From: Burkholderiales bacterium
GTDB taxonomy: Bacteria; Pseudomonadota; Gammaproteobacteria; Burkholderiales; JALYOK01
Length of the DNA stretch: 61,944 nt
Assembly (NCBI GenBank): GCA_046598945.1
Contig: JBKJHT010000100.1
Span: 1-61,944 of the forward strand
Reading direction: 5' to 3'
Shown: positions 20,111 through 30,150 of the stretch, piece after piece
Position numbering within the stretch: the first letter of the stretch is position 1
Layout: each line of letters starts with the position of its first letter
Made by a program: the position numbers and the translations under genes
Notes under the pieces: model-generated
The model's database searches: none
What the model saw: the letters and a program-made list of their open reading frames with translations, nothing else
What the model was told of the DNA's origin: nothing

Positions 20111-22393
20111 ATGAATTTTCGCGTGCTGGTCGGCGCCCTATGCTGCTTTTATGTCGTAGGTGCGCAGGCTATAGAGACATTTGTCGTCAAAGATATTCGG
20201 GTTGAAGGCATACAACGAATCGAGGTCGGAACGGTGTTCAGCTATTTACCCATTCGGGTGGGTGACGAAATCGACGGCGAAAAGGCATCGGCGGCGGTCA
20301 AAGCGCTGTACGCCACGGGATTTTTTTCCGATGTTCGCCTTGAGCAAGATGGCGACTTGCTGATTGTTGCGATCCAGGAACGGCCGGCGATCGGCGAGGT
20401 CACAATCAATGGCGCTAAGGAATTCAAGCCTGACGAGTTGAAAGAATCGCTTAAGCAGATCGGCCTCGCGGAATCGAGAATTTACGATAAGTCGTTACTC
20501 GATAAAGCGGAAAAAGAATTGAAACGGCAGTACTTGAGTCGCGGAAAATATTCAACCGAGGTCGCGTCGACGGTCTCCCCGCTGGAACGCAATCGCGTGG
20601 CCATTGCGCTAAATATCGATGAAGGCGAAGTCGCACAAATCCGCGGTATCAATATCATCGGGAATCAAGAATTCAAAGAGGGCAAACTGCTCGATTTATT
20701 CAACCTAACGACGCCTGGTTTTTCGACCTGGTTCTCGAAGAACGATCAATATTCGAAGCAGAAGCTTTCTGGTGATTTGGAGACCTTGAGATCGTTTTAT
20801 TTCAACCAAGGATTTCTCGAGTTCAATATCGATTCGACCCAAGTGCAGATTTCGCCCGATAAGCAAGACATCTATATCACCGTGAACATTGTCGAAGGAC
20901 CGAAATACAAAGTTTCCGATGTGAAGGTCGCGGGAAATTTGACCATTCCAGAGTTAGAAGTTCGCGGCATGATATCGGTCAAGCCCGGCGAGTTTTTCTC
21001 GCGGGAAGAACTCACCGCTTCGACCAAACGTATCAGCGATCGCTTGGCGAACGATGGATATTCGTTCTCAAACATTAACGCCGCGCCCGAAGTCGATAAA
21101 GAAAAAAAGACCGTCGCGTTCACCTTTCAGGTCGATCCGGGTCGTCGTGTTTATGTCAGGCGGATCAACATCACTGGAAATGTTAAGACGCGCGACGAGG
21201 TGATCCGCCGCGAAATGCGTCAGATGGAAGGGGGCTGGCTCTCGGCGGAAAAAGTAACCCGTTCGCGCGAGCGTATCGATAAGCTAGGCTACTTCTCCGA
21301 AGTCACGGTCGATACGCCAGCGGTGTCGGGCACGAATGATCAGGTCGATATCAACATCAACGTCGTGGAGCGCTCAACCGGAAATATACAGGTGGGTGCG
21401 GGCTATTCCGATATCGATAAGCTCGTATTGCAAGGCTCCGTAAGTCAGAGCAACGTATTCGGCACCGGCAATCAAGTATCGGCCCAAGTGAATTCCGGCC
21501 GGACTAACCGCGCCTATGTACTTTCCTACACCAATCCGTATTACACGGTGGACGGCGTGAGCCGTGGCTTTGATCTGTACCATCGTATCAACGACACCAC
21601 CCAGCTCACCAATGTCGATCACTACAAGATCAAGACGACGGGGCTGGGCATTCGCTACGGCATTCCGGTGACCGAGACCGATACTGTCAACTTCGGTCTT
21701 GCCTATGAGCGTGCGGGTATTGGTTTGATAAGCGATAGCCCGCAACGCTATCGGGATTACGTTGATGAATTCGGCGAGAAGAATTCCACGGTCAAGGGTG
21801 ACATCGGCTGGGCTCGGGATACGCGCAACAGCTTTTTCTACCCGACCAAGGGCAACTACCAACGAATCTACGGCGAATTCGGTTTGCCCGGCGGTGATCT
21901 TACCTATTACAAGCTGAACTACCAACATCAGTGGTTCATCCCGATGACCGATGTGTTTACGCTGATGCTGAATGGCGAGGTGGGTTACGGTGGCGGTTAT
22001 GGAAAGCATGATGAACTGCCATTCTTCAAAAATTTTTACGGCGGCGGTGTGTCGAGCATCCGAGGTTTTGCAACGAGTTCGTTGGGTCCAAAAGATAACA
22101 ACAACCGCGCTTTAGGTGGCGATCGTCGAGTCGTCGCCAGCGCGGAGTTATTTTTTCCACTGCCACGGGTCAAGGACGATAAATCGGTGCGATTGAGTCT
22201 CTTCTTCGATGCCGGTAACGTCTACGGTAAAGGCGAAAAATTTGATGTCGGAGAGTTTCGTTATTCCACCGGCCTTGCCCTGACGTGGTTTTCACCGATC
22301 GGTCCGCTGAAGCTCAGCTATGGCGTTCCAATCAAGCGTAAACCGGAAGATCGGCTTGAGCGTTTTCAGTTCTTGTTAGGTACGGTGTTCTAG
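20111..22393 (+). CDS. bamA: Outer membrane protein assembly factor BamA
   Basis: Signal peptide, POTRA repeats, IRGF loop-6 motif and terminal Phe. Confidence 0.98.
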   Translation: MNFRVLVGALCCFYVVGAQAIETFVVKDIRVEGIQRIEVGTVFSYLPIRVGDEIDGEKASAAVKALYATGFFSDVRLEQDGDLLIVAIQERPAIGEVTINGAKEFKPDELKESLKQIGLAESRIYDKSLLDKAEKELKRQYLSRGKYSTEVASTVSPLERNRVAIALNIDEGEVAQIRGINIIGNQEFKEGKLLDLFNLTTPGFSTWFSKNDQYSKQKLSGDLETLRSFYFNQGFLEFNIDSTQVQISPDKQDIYITVNIVEGPKYKVSDVKVAGNLTIPELEVRGMISVKPGEFFSREELTASTKRISDRLANDGYSFSNINAAPEVDKEKKTVAFTFQVDPGRRVYVRRINITGNVKTRDEVIRREMRQMEGGWLSAEKVTRSRERIDKLGYFSEVTVDTPAVSGTNDQVDININVVERSTGNIQVGAGYSDIDKLVLQGSVSQSNVFGTGNQVSAQVNSGRTNRAYVLSYTNPYYTVDGVSRGFDLYHRINDTTQLTNVDHYKIKTTGLGIRYGIPVTETDTVNFGLAYERAGIGLISDSPQRYRDYVDEFGEKNSTVKGDIGWARDTRNSFFYPTKGNYQRIYGEFGLPGGDLTYYKLNYQHQWFIPMTDVFTLMLNGEVGYGGGYGKHDELPFFKNFYGGGVSSIRGFATSSLGPKDNNNRALGGDRRVVASAELFFPLPRVKDDKSVRLSLFFDAGNVYGKGEKFDVGEFRYSTGLALTWFSPIGPLKLSYGVPIKRKPEDRLERFQFLLGTVF

Positions 22394-22416
22394 GACGATT
22401 TTGAAGGAGTTTTAAT

Positions 22417-22917
22417 TTGAAACAAGTGATGCGTTTGTTGGTTTTATCGATGGTGTGGATGGCGGCGCAAGTATTCGCCGCGGAACTCAAGGTCGGCTTC
22501 GTCAATACCGAAAGAATTTTCCGCGAAGCAGGGCCGGCGCAAAAAGCGCAGAAGAAGCTCGAAAAAGAATTTGCCGCGCGCGATGCCGAGTTGCAGAAAA
22601 TGGCCAAGCAAGTGCGAGATATGCAGGCGCAAGTCGAGAAAGAAAGCGTTACGACGAGCGAGGCCGATAAACGCAATAAAGAGCGTGATCTGGCCAACCT
22701 GAATCGTGATTTTCAGCGCCAAACGCGCGAATTTCGCGAGGATTTAAATATGCGCAAAAATGAAGAGTTGGGTGTGGTGCAAGAACGTGCGAACAAGGTC
22801 ATCAAGGAAATTGCCGAGCTCGAAAAGTTCGACTTGATTGTGCAGGACGCCGTGTTCGCGAGTATCAAGATCGATATCACCGACAAGGTTCTCAAGGCGC
22901 TCACCGCTGAAAAATAA
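22417..22917 (+). CDS. skp: OmpH/Skp periplasmic chaperone
   Basis: KVGFVN, coiled coil and DITDKVL; AAGGAG RBS before TTG; synteny. Confidence 0.95.
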   Translation: MKQVMRLLVLSMVWMAAQVFAAELKVGFVNTERIFREAGPAQKAQKKLEKEFAARDAELQKMAKQVRDMQAQVEKESVTTSEADKRNKERDLANLNRDFQRQTREFREDLNMRKNEELGVVQERANKVIKEIAELEKFDLIVQDAVFASIKIDITDKVLKALTAEK

Positions 22918-22932
22918 GCTCGTATTCGCCCG

Positions 22933-23967
22933 ATGAGCCTCTCGCTCAATGAGATTGCGATTCGGCTCGGCGGCGAAGTGGCCGGCGATGGAGCAACGCT
23001 TATACGCGGCATCGGAACGCTGGCTCGCGCGCAGTGCGATGAAATCGCGTTTTTGGCGAACCCCATTTATCGTGCGCAGTTAAGCACCACCCACGCCGGC
23101 GCGGTAATTGTCGCGGCTGCCGATCGCGAGGCGACGTCACTGCCGCGGATTGTCACGGCGAATCCTTATGCCTATTTTGCGCGCGCCACCGCATTGTTCG
23201 CGCCGGTTCAATCGGTTGCAGCCGGCTGCCACCCCAGTGCGATCATCGAGTCCGATTCGATCATCGCAAGTTCCGCAACCATCGCAGCGCTGGCTTACAT
23301 CGGCCAAGGAGCAAAAATCGGCGAGCGCACCGTGATTCACCCACAGGTGCATATCGCGGCGAACGTGGTCATCGGCGCCGACTGCATTATTTATCCCAAC
23401 AGCGTGGTGTACCACGATTGCGAGATCGGCGATCGGGTCATTGTTCACGGGGGCGCGGTGATAGGCGCCGATGGGTTTGGCTTCGCCTACGATGCCGATC
23501 GATGGTTAAAAGTGCCGCAGGTCGGGCGGGTCAAGATCGAGGACGATGTCGAGATCGGCGCCAATACCACCATCGATCGCGGCGCGATCGAAGATACAGT
23601 TATCGAGATCGGCGTTAAGTTAGACAATCAAATTCAAATCGGCCACAACGTTCGTATCGGCGCCCATACGGCGATTGCCGGCTGTGCTGCGGTGGCCGGC
23701 AGTACAACCATCGGTCGCCATTGTAGAATCGGCGGTGGCGTCGGCATTGTCGGGCACGTGACGGTCGCCGACGGGGTCACGGTCACGGCGCGTACGCTGG
23801 TGACAAAATCGATTCCGCAAGCGGGTGTGTACAGTGGCGGTCTGCCCCACATGGGCAATCACGAATGGCTTAAGACGACGGCCCATTTGCGCCGCATGGA
23901 ACGACTCTTGCGACGCGTGGAGCAATTGGAGCGCGAAATAAAAAACATCGAGGGGAGAACCGCATGA
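22933..23967 (+). CDS. lpxD: UDP-3-O-(3-hydroxyacyl)glucosamine N-acyltransferase
   Basis: Hexapeptide repeats, IGADGFG and [12 protein letters not shown]. Confidence 0.98.
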   Translation: MSLSLNEIAIRLGGEVAGDGATLIRGIGTLARAQCDEIAFLANPIYRAQLSTTHAGAVIVAAADREATSLPRIVTANPYAYFARATALFAPVQSVAAGCHPSAIIESDSIIASSATIAALAYIGQGAKIGERTVIHPQVHIAANVVIGADCIIYPNSVVYHDCEIGDRVIVHGGAVIGADGFGFAYDADRWLKVPQVGRVKIEDDVEIGANTTIDRGAIEDTVIEIGVKLDNQIQIGHNVRIGAHTAIAGCAAVAGSTTIGRHCRIGGGVGIVGHVTVADGVTVTARTLVTKSIPQAGVYSGGLPHMGNHEWLKTTAHLRRMERLLRRVEQLEREIKNIEGRTA

Positions 23968-24407
23968 GCGGCATGAATATCGAGGAAGTCCTGCAATATT
24001 TACCGCATCGGTATCCGTTTCTATTGGTTGATCGAGTGTTGGAATGCGAGCCGATGAAACGCCTCGTCGCCCTCAAGAATGTGACCATGAATGAAGAATA
24101 TTTCGTCGGACACTTTCCCAATCACCCGGTCATGCCGGGCGTGCTCGTCATTGAAGCCTTGGCGCAGTCCGCGGCGATTTTGGCGTTCAAGAGCTTGGAT
24201 CGCAAGCCTGATGACAAGTCGGTCGTGTACTTTGTCGGCATCGATCGCGCACGATTTAAGCGGCCGGTTTTTCCCGGCGATCAACTCATGTTGTACAGCG
24301 AACTGATCCTCGTGAAACGGGGCATTTGGAAATTTAAGTGCGAAGCCAAAGTCAACGATTTGATCGTGACCGCAGCGGAACTGATGTGCACCGAAAAAAT
24401 GTTGTAG
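23964..24407 (+). CDS. fabZ: 3-hydroxyacyl-ACP dehydratase
   Basis: [13 protein letters not shown] and GHFP...[12 protein letters not shown]. Confidence 0.98.
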   Translation: MSGMNIEEVLQYLPHRYPFLLVDRVLECEPMKRLVALKNVTMNEEYFVGHFPNHPVMPGVLVIEALAQSAAILAFKSLDRKPDDKSVVYFVGIDRARFKRPVFPGDQLMLYSELILVKRGIWKFKCEAKVNDLIVTAAELMCTEKML

Positions 24408-24417
24408 GTCAAACGCC

Positions 24418-25188
24418 GTGATTCACTCGACTGCAATTGTTGAAAACAGCGCCGAATTAGCCGCCGATGTCGAGATCGGACCCTATGCCGTGATCGGCGC
24501 CAAAGTGACGATCGATGCCGGCACGCGCATCGGCGCCCACGCGGTGATTTGCGGGCCGACCCGGATCGGCAAGAACAATCATATCTTCAACCACGTCTCC
24601 CTAGGGGCGGCGCCGCAGGACAAAAAATATCAAGGTGAACCCACCGCGTTGGAAATCGGCGATGGCAATACCATTCGAGAGTTTTGCACCATCAATCGCG
24701 GCACGGCGCAGGATGTCGGCATTACGCGTATCGGTAACAACAATTGGATCATGGCCTACGTGCATGTCGCGCACGATTGTCAAATCGGCGACCACACGGT
24801 GTTCGCCAATAGCGTGCAACTGGCCGGTCACGTGCATATCGGCGATTACGCGATCCTTGGCGGCTTCACCGGCGTGCACCAGTTCGTACACATCGGCGCA
24901 CATAGTTTTATGGGCATCGCGACCATTCTCACGCAAGATGTGCCTACCTACGTTACCGTATCGGGTAATCCGGCGAAACCGTTCGGCATCAATAGCGAAG
25001 GCCTAAGTCGGCGCGGATTTTCGGCTGATGTGATTGCGCAAATCAAGCGCGCCTACAAAACGCTTTACCGCAATGGACTCGACTTTGAAGAGGCTAAAGC
25101 GCAGATTGCCACGCAGATCGGCGCCTGCCCCGAACTCACACTGCTCAGTGATTTTCTAAACGCCTCGACCCGAGGTATCGTTCGCTAG
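24418..25188 (+). CDS. lpxA: UDP-N-acetylglucosamine acyltransferase
   Basis: PQDKKY, HVAHDC and hexapeptide repeats. Confidence 0.98.
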   Translation: MIHSTAIVENSAELAADVEIGPYAVIGAKVTIDAGTRIGAHAVICGPTRIGKNNHIFNHVSLGAAPQDKKYQGEPTALEIGDGNTIREFCTINRGTAQDVGITRIGNNNWIMAYVHVAHDCQIGDHTVFANSVQLAGHVHIGDYAILGGFTGVHQFVHIGAHSFMGIATILTQDVPTYVTVSGNPAKPFGINSEGLSRRGFSADVIAQIKRAYKTLYRNGLDFEEAKAQIATQIGACPELTLLSDFLNASTRGIVR

Positions 25189-25190
25189 TG

Positions 25191-26357
25191 ATGCGCATCG
25201 GCATCATTGCCGGTGAGGCATCGGGAGATTTGCTCGGGGCGCATTTGATGGCGTCGTTGCAAACCCGTTTTCCCTACCTTGAATTCATCGGTATCGCTGG
25301 ACCGCGCATGCAAGCCCTCGGCGCGAAATCGCTCTTTCCGATGGAAAAGCTGGCGGTGCGCGGCTATGTCGAAGTGTTGAAACACTATCGCGAGATTCGC
25401 GGCATTCAGCGCGACATTGTCAACACATTTCAAAACGATCCGCCCGATCTTTTCATCGGCGTCGATGCACCGGATTTCAATTTTGGAGTGGAAGAAAAAC
25501 TCAAAGCGGCGGGTGTGACGACCGTTCATTATGTCAGTCCATCGATCTGGGCCTGGCGCCGTGAGCGCATTGGTCGAATCAAACGCGCCGTTTCGCATAT
25601 GCTGACGATTTTCCCGTTCGAAGCGAAAATTTATGAAGATGCCGGCATTGTGGTTTCCTATGTCGGCCATACGCTCGCCGATGCGATCCCGCTGGAAATC
25701 GATCGCGCCGCGGCTCGTCGTGAGTTGAACATCGAAACCGACACGCCGGTGATTGCGTTATTGCCCGGCAGCCGCTTGAGCGAGCTCGACTATCACGCCG
25801 AGCTTTTTGTCGCCACGGCGTTGCAGATCGACAAGTCATTGCCGAACGCATGCTTCATTGCGCCATTTGCAACGCCGACTACACAACAACAATTTGAAGC
25901 CGCGATCAAAAAAGCCGGTGTGGATAAATTGCGCATCATGTGTTTGCCGGGCGCATCGCAGCAAGCCCTTGCCGCCGCCGATGTCGCGCTGATCAAATCC
26001 GGCACCTCGACGCTCGAAGCCGCGCTGATGAAATGCCCCATGGTGATCACCTATCGCGTCTCCGCCGTCAGCGCCTGGCTAATGCGCCGAATGGGGCGTG
26101 GATATTTGCCCTATATCGGATTGCCGAATATCCTCGCCGGCGAATTCATCGTGCCCGAGTTGCTGCAAGAAGATGCAACGCCGGAGAATCTTGCCCAGGC
26201 TTTGTTGAACAGCTATCGCGATGAGAGTCTTCGCGCCAAGCTCAAGGCGCGCTTTCTAACCATTCATCAGAGCCTGCGGCAGAATAGTGCCGAACGTATC
26301 GGCGAGGCGTTGGCGCAGTATCTCGATCCGGGTTCTGCGTCGGCGCGCGCAGGATAG
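25191..26357 (+). CDS. lpxB: Lipid-A-disaccharide synthase (alternative GTG start at 25188)
   Basis: AGEASGDLLG, DAPDFN, YVSPSIWAWR, LLPGSR and SGTSTLE. Confidence 0.97.
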   Translation: MRIGIIAGEASGDLLGAHLMASLQTRFPYLEFIGIAGPRMQALGAKSLFPMEKLAVRGYVEVLKHYREIRGIQRDIVNTFQNDPPDLFIGVDAPDFNFGVEEKLKAAGVTTVHYVSPSIWAWRRERIGRIKRAVSHMLTIFPFEAKIYEDAGIVVSYVGHTLADAIPLEIDRAAARRELNIETDTPVIALLPGSRLSELDYHAELFVATALQIDKSLPNACFIAPFATPTTQQQFEAAIKKAGVDKLRIMCLPGASQQALAAADVALIKSGTSTLEAALMKCPMVITYRVSAVSAWLMRRMGRGYLPYIGLPNILAGEFIVPELLQEDATPENLAQALLNSYRDESLRAKLKARFLTIHQSLRQNSAERIGEALAQYLDPGSASARAG

Positions 26358-26360
26358 CGC

Positions 26361-27353
26361 GTGACGAATTATTTACCGCCGGCGATTCTGGTGATGGGAC
26401 CGACCGCCAGCGGCAAGACACCTGTGGCGGTTGAATTGGCGCTGCGAATTCACGGCGAGATCGTGAGCGTCGATTCTGCGTTGGTGTATCGCGACATGAA
26501 TATCGGCACGGCCAAGCCCGATGCCGCGATACTGAGCGCCGCGCCGCATCATCTCATCAACCTCATCGATCCCACCGAACGCTATTCGGCGGCCATGTTT
26601 CGCCACGACGCCCTCGCCGGCATGGCGGACATCACAGCCCGTGGAAAAATACCGATTCTCGCCGGCGGCACCATGCTGTATTTCAAAGCGCTGCTCGAAG
26701 GCATTAGCGCGTTGCCCGGCGCCGATCTAGATCTGCGCGCCAAGATTGACGCCCGTGCCGCGCGCGACGGCTGGCCGACGTTGCACACGGAATTGGCGGA
26801 ACTTGATCCGGTTACCGCTGCGCGCCTTGAGCCGACTGATGGCCAGCGCATTCAACGGGCGTTGGAAGTGTGTTATCTCTGCGGCGCGCCGATGTCACAG
26901 CAGTTCGGCGCGCGCGAAACAAATCCGATGCCGTATCGCGTGTTGCCCATCGCAATGCTGCCGAGCGATCGCAAGGCCTTGCATCAACGCATCGAGTTGC
27001 GCTTCGCCGCCATGCTCGATCTAGGTCTGATTGACGAAGTACAACGGCTTAAACGACAGTACAACCTAGTGCCAAGTCTGCCCGCCATGCGCGCCGTGGG
27101 TTACCGGCAGACGTGGGAATTTCTCGACGGACAATTCGATCGCAATGCACTGGTCGCGCGCGGGACAGCGGCGACGCGGCAACTGGCGAAGCGACAACTC
27201 ACCTGGCTGCGCGCGATGCCCGAGTTGGTGGTGTTCGATTGTTTAGAATCTTGCTTGGCGGCGCACGTCGCGGCCTACGCCGAGCGCTGGCTTGAAAAGC
27301 ATTGGCCTGGGAGCTGCATGGCCTTAGGACAGCCCCTGGATAATGCCTCGTAG
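26361..27353 (+). CDS. miaA: tRNA dimethylallyltransferase, with a repeat-derived C-terminal tail
   Basis: GPTASGKT, DSALVY, IGTAKP, QRIQRALEV and TRQLAKRQLTW; the last ~18 codons lie in a repeat. Confidence 0.96.
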   Translation: MTNYLPPAILVMGPTASGKTPVAVELALRIHGEIVSVDSALVYRDMNIGTAKPDAAILSAAPHHLINLIDPTERYSAAMFRHDALAGMADITARGKIPILAGGTMLYFKALLEGISALPGADLDLRAKIDARAARDGWPTLHTELAELDPVTAARLEPTDGQRIQRALEVCYLCGAPMSQQFGARETNPMPYRVLPIAMLPSDRKALHQRIELRFAAMLDLGLIDEVQRLKRQYNLVPSLPAMRAVGYRQTWEFLDGQFDRNALVARGTAATRQLAKRQLTWLRAMPELVVFDCLESCLAAHVAAYAERWLEKHWPGSCMALGQPLDNAS

Positions 27354-27420
27354 GCCATGATCGCCAATCGGCAATGGCCCTAGGCCGCCCGGGCTAGAGG
27401 CGGCGCCTGGCATAGGCCGA
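27299..27420. repeat. Mosaic repeat copy overlapping the miaA 3' end
   Basis: 27316-27340 matches 12482-12506 at 24/25; 27372-27392 matches the reverse complement of 33585-33605 at 20/21. Confidence 0.75.
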
Positions 27421-27435
27421 TTTCCATTTCAATTT

Positions 27436-27527
27436 GTCATTGCGAGCTCTTTTCGCGACGAAGCAATCGCGCTTTTCCGCGGCCTAAAAAATCGAGATTG
27501 CTTCGTCGCTTTGCTTCTCGCAATGAC
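27436..27527. repeat. GTCATTGCGAG-type palindromic element (REP/RPE-like)
   Basis: Outer arms GTCATTGCGAG/CTCGCAATGAC and a perfect 14-bp inner pair GCGACGAAGCAATC/GATTGCTTCGTCGC. Confidence 0.85.
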
Positions 27528-27572
27528 CAAAAGGGCCATGTCGAATCCTAACGCTATTAACGAAAACCGGAA

Positions 27573-28916
27573 TCAGGAATTCTTACGTTCGACTATCGTC
27601 GTTGCTTGGCCATTGGCGAACGTCAGGCCGAGTTCATCACCCACCGCGATCTGCGCGCTCGATTTCACGATAGCTCCCGCATCGTTACGCACCACGCTGT
27701 AGCCACGTTCCATGACGCGCGCCGGGTTGAGGTGATGCAGGTTGTCGGTGACCCGTTGCAGATGGGAATTCGACAACGCGAGGCTTTGGCGCAGCGCCTG
27801 GGTCATTCGTTTACCGCTGCGCGTTAGACGTTCATTGAGCGTCGCCCAGGTCGTCGTGCCCGCGCCAAAGCGCTGCTGCGCATGTTGTAGCTGCCACCTG
27901 AGGGTGTCGAGACGGTGAGTTTGTGCGAGCCGTAGGCGCAACGCGAACTGGGCGAGTTGACGCGTTTGTTGCTGCAAGCGTGCGCCGGGATGAATGAGGC
28001 GTTGCGCGAGTTGATCCAAGCGTTGCGCCTTGTCGTCGATTGCACGTTGCAGAGAAACACGCCCGCGACGTTTCAGTTCAACTATCTCCGCGAGCAATTC
28101 ATCACGATCCGGTGCGACGCGCTGGGCGGCCGCAGTCGGCGTCGGCGCCCGTTCATCGGCAACAAAATCGGCGATGGTGAAATCCGTTTCGTGACCGATT
28201 CCCGACACGATCGGGATCGGGCACGCGGCAATGGCACGCGCGACAATTTCTTCGTTGAACGACCACAAATCTTCGATGCTGCCGCCGCCGCGGCACAGAA
28301 TTAACACAGCGCATTCTGCGCGCGCCCCGGCACTGCTGATGGCTTGTACAATCTCTGCCGCAGAGCCATTGCCTTGTACCGCAGTGGGGTAGAGGATGAC
28401 CGGGATGTGCGGCGCGCGTCGTTTCAGCGTCGTCAGCACATCGCGCAGTGCGGCGGCCGCGGGCGAGGTGATAATACCGATTCTGTTCGGAAACGTCGGC
28501 AGCGGGCGTTTGCGCGCGGCATCGAACAAGCCTTGTTTTTCTAATGCGCTCTTGAGCTTGAGAAATTTTTCATACAGCGCGCCCAAGCCGGCGCGGCGCA
28601 TGGTTTCGACTATGAGTTGATACTCGCCGCGCGCTTCGTACAATGTCACGAGGGCGTTAACTTCGACCGCATCGCCGTTGCTCGGAATCCACTCGGCGAG
28701 TTGATTGCGGTTGCGAAACATCGCGCAACGCACCTGCGCTTTCGCATCTTTCAGCGTGAAGTACCAGTGTTCCGACGTGGCGCGCACAAAGTTGGAAATC
28801 TCTCCGCCAACCCACAGTAACGGGAAGCTGCGCTCGATTTGCTGGCGGACTTGCAGGTTCAACTCAGCGACGCTGAGCACGGCGCGCGGGCGGAACGGGT
28901 CGCCCGTTTCGTCCAT
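27573..28916 (-). CDS. xseA: Exodeoxyribonuclease VII large subunit
   Basis: WVGGEISNF, HWYFTLKD, RGGGSIEDLWSFN, GHETD and PTPTAAA; ATG at 28916, 4 nt after the glcF stop. Confidence 0.96.
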   Translation of the reverse strand: MDETGDPFRPRAVLSVAELNLQVRQQIERSFPLLWVGGEISNFVRATSEHWYFTLKDAKAQVRCAMFRNRNQLAEWIPSNGDAVEVNALVTLYEARGEYQLIVETMRRAGLGALYEKFLKLKSALEKQGLFDAARKRPLPTFPNRIGIITSPAAAALRDVLTTLKRRAPHIPVILYPTAVQGNGSAAEIVQAISSAGARAECAVLILCRGGGSIEDLWSFNEEIVARAIAACPIPIVSGIGHETDFTIADFVADERAPTPTAAAQRVAPDRDELLAEIVELKRRGRVSLQRAIDDKAQRLDQLAQRLIHPGARLQQQTRQLAQFALRLRLAQTHRLDTLRWQLQHAQQRFGAGTTTWATLNERLTRSGKRMTQALRQSLALSNSHLQRVTDNLHHLNPARVMERGYSVVRNDAGAIVKSSAQIAVGDELGLTFANGQATTIVERKNS

Positions 28917-28920
28917 GGCG

Positions 28921-30147
28921 TTACATTTGCTCCGCAAGCAACTCAATCCAGTGCTTCACCGGCAAGTGAGTGGCAGTTTGAATGTGGCTCTGGCAGCCGA
29001 TGTTGGCCGTTGCAATCAACGTCGGCTTGCCGAGATTGAGATTCTCGATCTTGTTTTTCAGCAAACGCTGTGACAACTCCGGCTGCAATAACGAATAGGT
29101 TCCGGCGGAGCCACAGCACAAATGGGAATCGGGCACCGGCGTGAGTTCGTAACCCATTTTCAGCAGAAGCGGTTCGACGATACCGTTCAGTTTTTGCGCA
29201 TGTTGCAACGAGCACGGCGGATGATAAGCAATCTTCTGATTTTGTTTCTCGCGCGCTTCGATTAACTTTGCAAAGCCGTCTGCCTCGGCAGTAATGACTT
29301 CGCTGATGTCCTTCGTTAGCGCGGAGATGCGCGCCGCCTTCTCCGCATAAATCGGATCGTTTTCTAGTAGGTGGCCATACTCTTTAACCGTCGTGCCACA
29401 ACCACTGGCGGTCATGACAATTGCTTCCACGCGGCTTTCGACAAACGGCCACCATGCGTCGATGTTTCGCCGCATGTAATTCAGGCCATCGGCCTGACGG
29501 TTCAAATGATAAGCAACGGCGCCACAGCAACCGGCTTGATCGGACTTGATCAGCGAAATGCCTAGGCGATCGAGTACGCGCGCCGTTGCGCCGTTGATGT
29601 TGGGTTCAAGCGTCGGTTGGACACAACCGTCGAGGACCAACATCTTGCGAGCATGGCGCGGCGCGGGCCAAGTTTGCGCCGGTTGCGATGGCGGAATTTT
29701 CTTTTTCAACAAACCTGGCAATAACGGTTTGGCGAGTTGGCCGAGCTTCAATGCGGTTTTAAAAATCGCCGCTTTCGGCAGCACAGCTGCTAACGCTTTT
29801 CGTTTGAGGGTGGCTGTAAAGCCGCGCTGGACGCGGCTTTCCACGTAGCCGCGGCCAATGTCGACGAGTCGGCCATATTTAACGCCGGAGGGACAGGTGG
29901 TTTCGCAGGCACGGCAGGTGAGGCAACGATCGAGATGAAGCTGAGTTTTTTCGGTGATGTCCGCGCCTTCGAACATTTGCTTCATCAAATAAATTCGCCC
30001 GCGCGGGCTATCGAGTTCGTCGCCGAGTAATTGATAGGTCGGGCAGGTCGCGAGGCAAAAACCGCAGTGGACGCAGGTGCGAAGTATCGAATCCGCTTCT
30101 TTGCCTTCGGGCGTTTGTTTGAATGAATCGAGAATGGAGGTATACAT
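28921..30147 (-). CDS. glcF: Glycolate oxidase iron-sulfur subunit
   Basis: CVHCGFCLATCP, CLTCRACETTCP and two CCG domains. Confidence 0.96.
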   Translation of the reverse strand: MYTSILDSFKQTPEGKEADSILRTCVHCGFCLATCPTYQLLGDELDSPRGRIYLMKQMFEGADITEKTQLHLDRCLTCRACETTCPSGVKYGRLVDIGRGYVESRVQRGFTATLKRKALAAVLPKAAIFKTALKLGQLAKPLLPGLLKKKIPPSQPAQTWPAPRHARKMLVLDGCVQPTLEPNINGATARVLDRLGISLIKSDQAGCCGAVAYHLNRQADGLNYMRRNIDAWWPFVESRVEAIVMTASGCGTTVKEYGHLLENDPIYAEKAARISALTKDISEVITAEADGFAKLIEAREKQNQKIAYHPPCSLQHAQKLNGIVEPLLLKMGYELTPVPDSHLCCGSAGTYSLLQPELSQRLLKNKIENLNLGKPTLIATANIGCQSHIQTATHLPVKHWIELLAEQM

Positions 30148-30150
30148 AAC

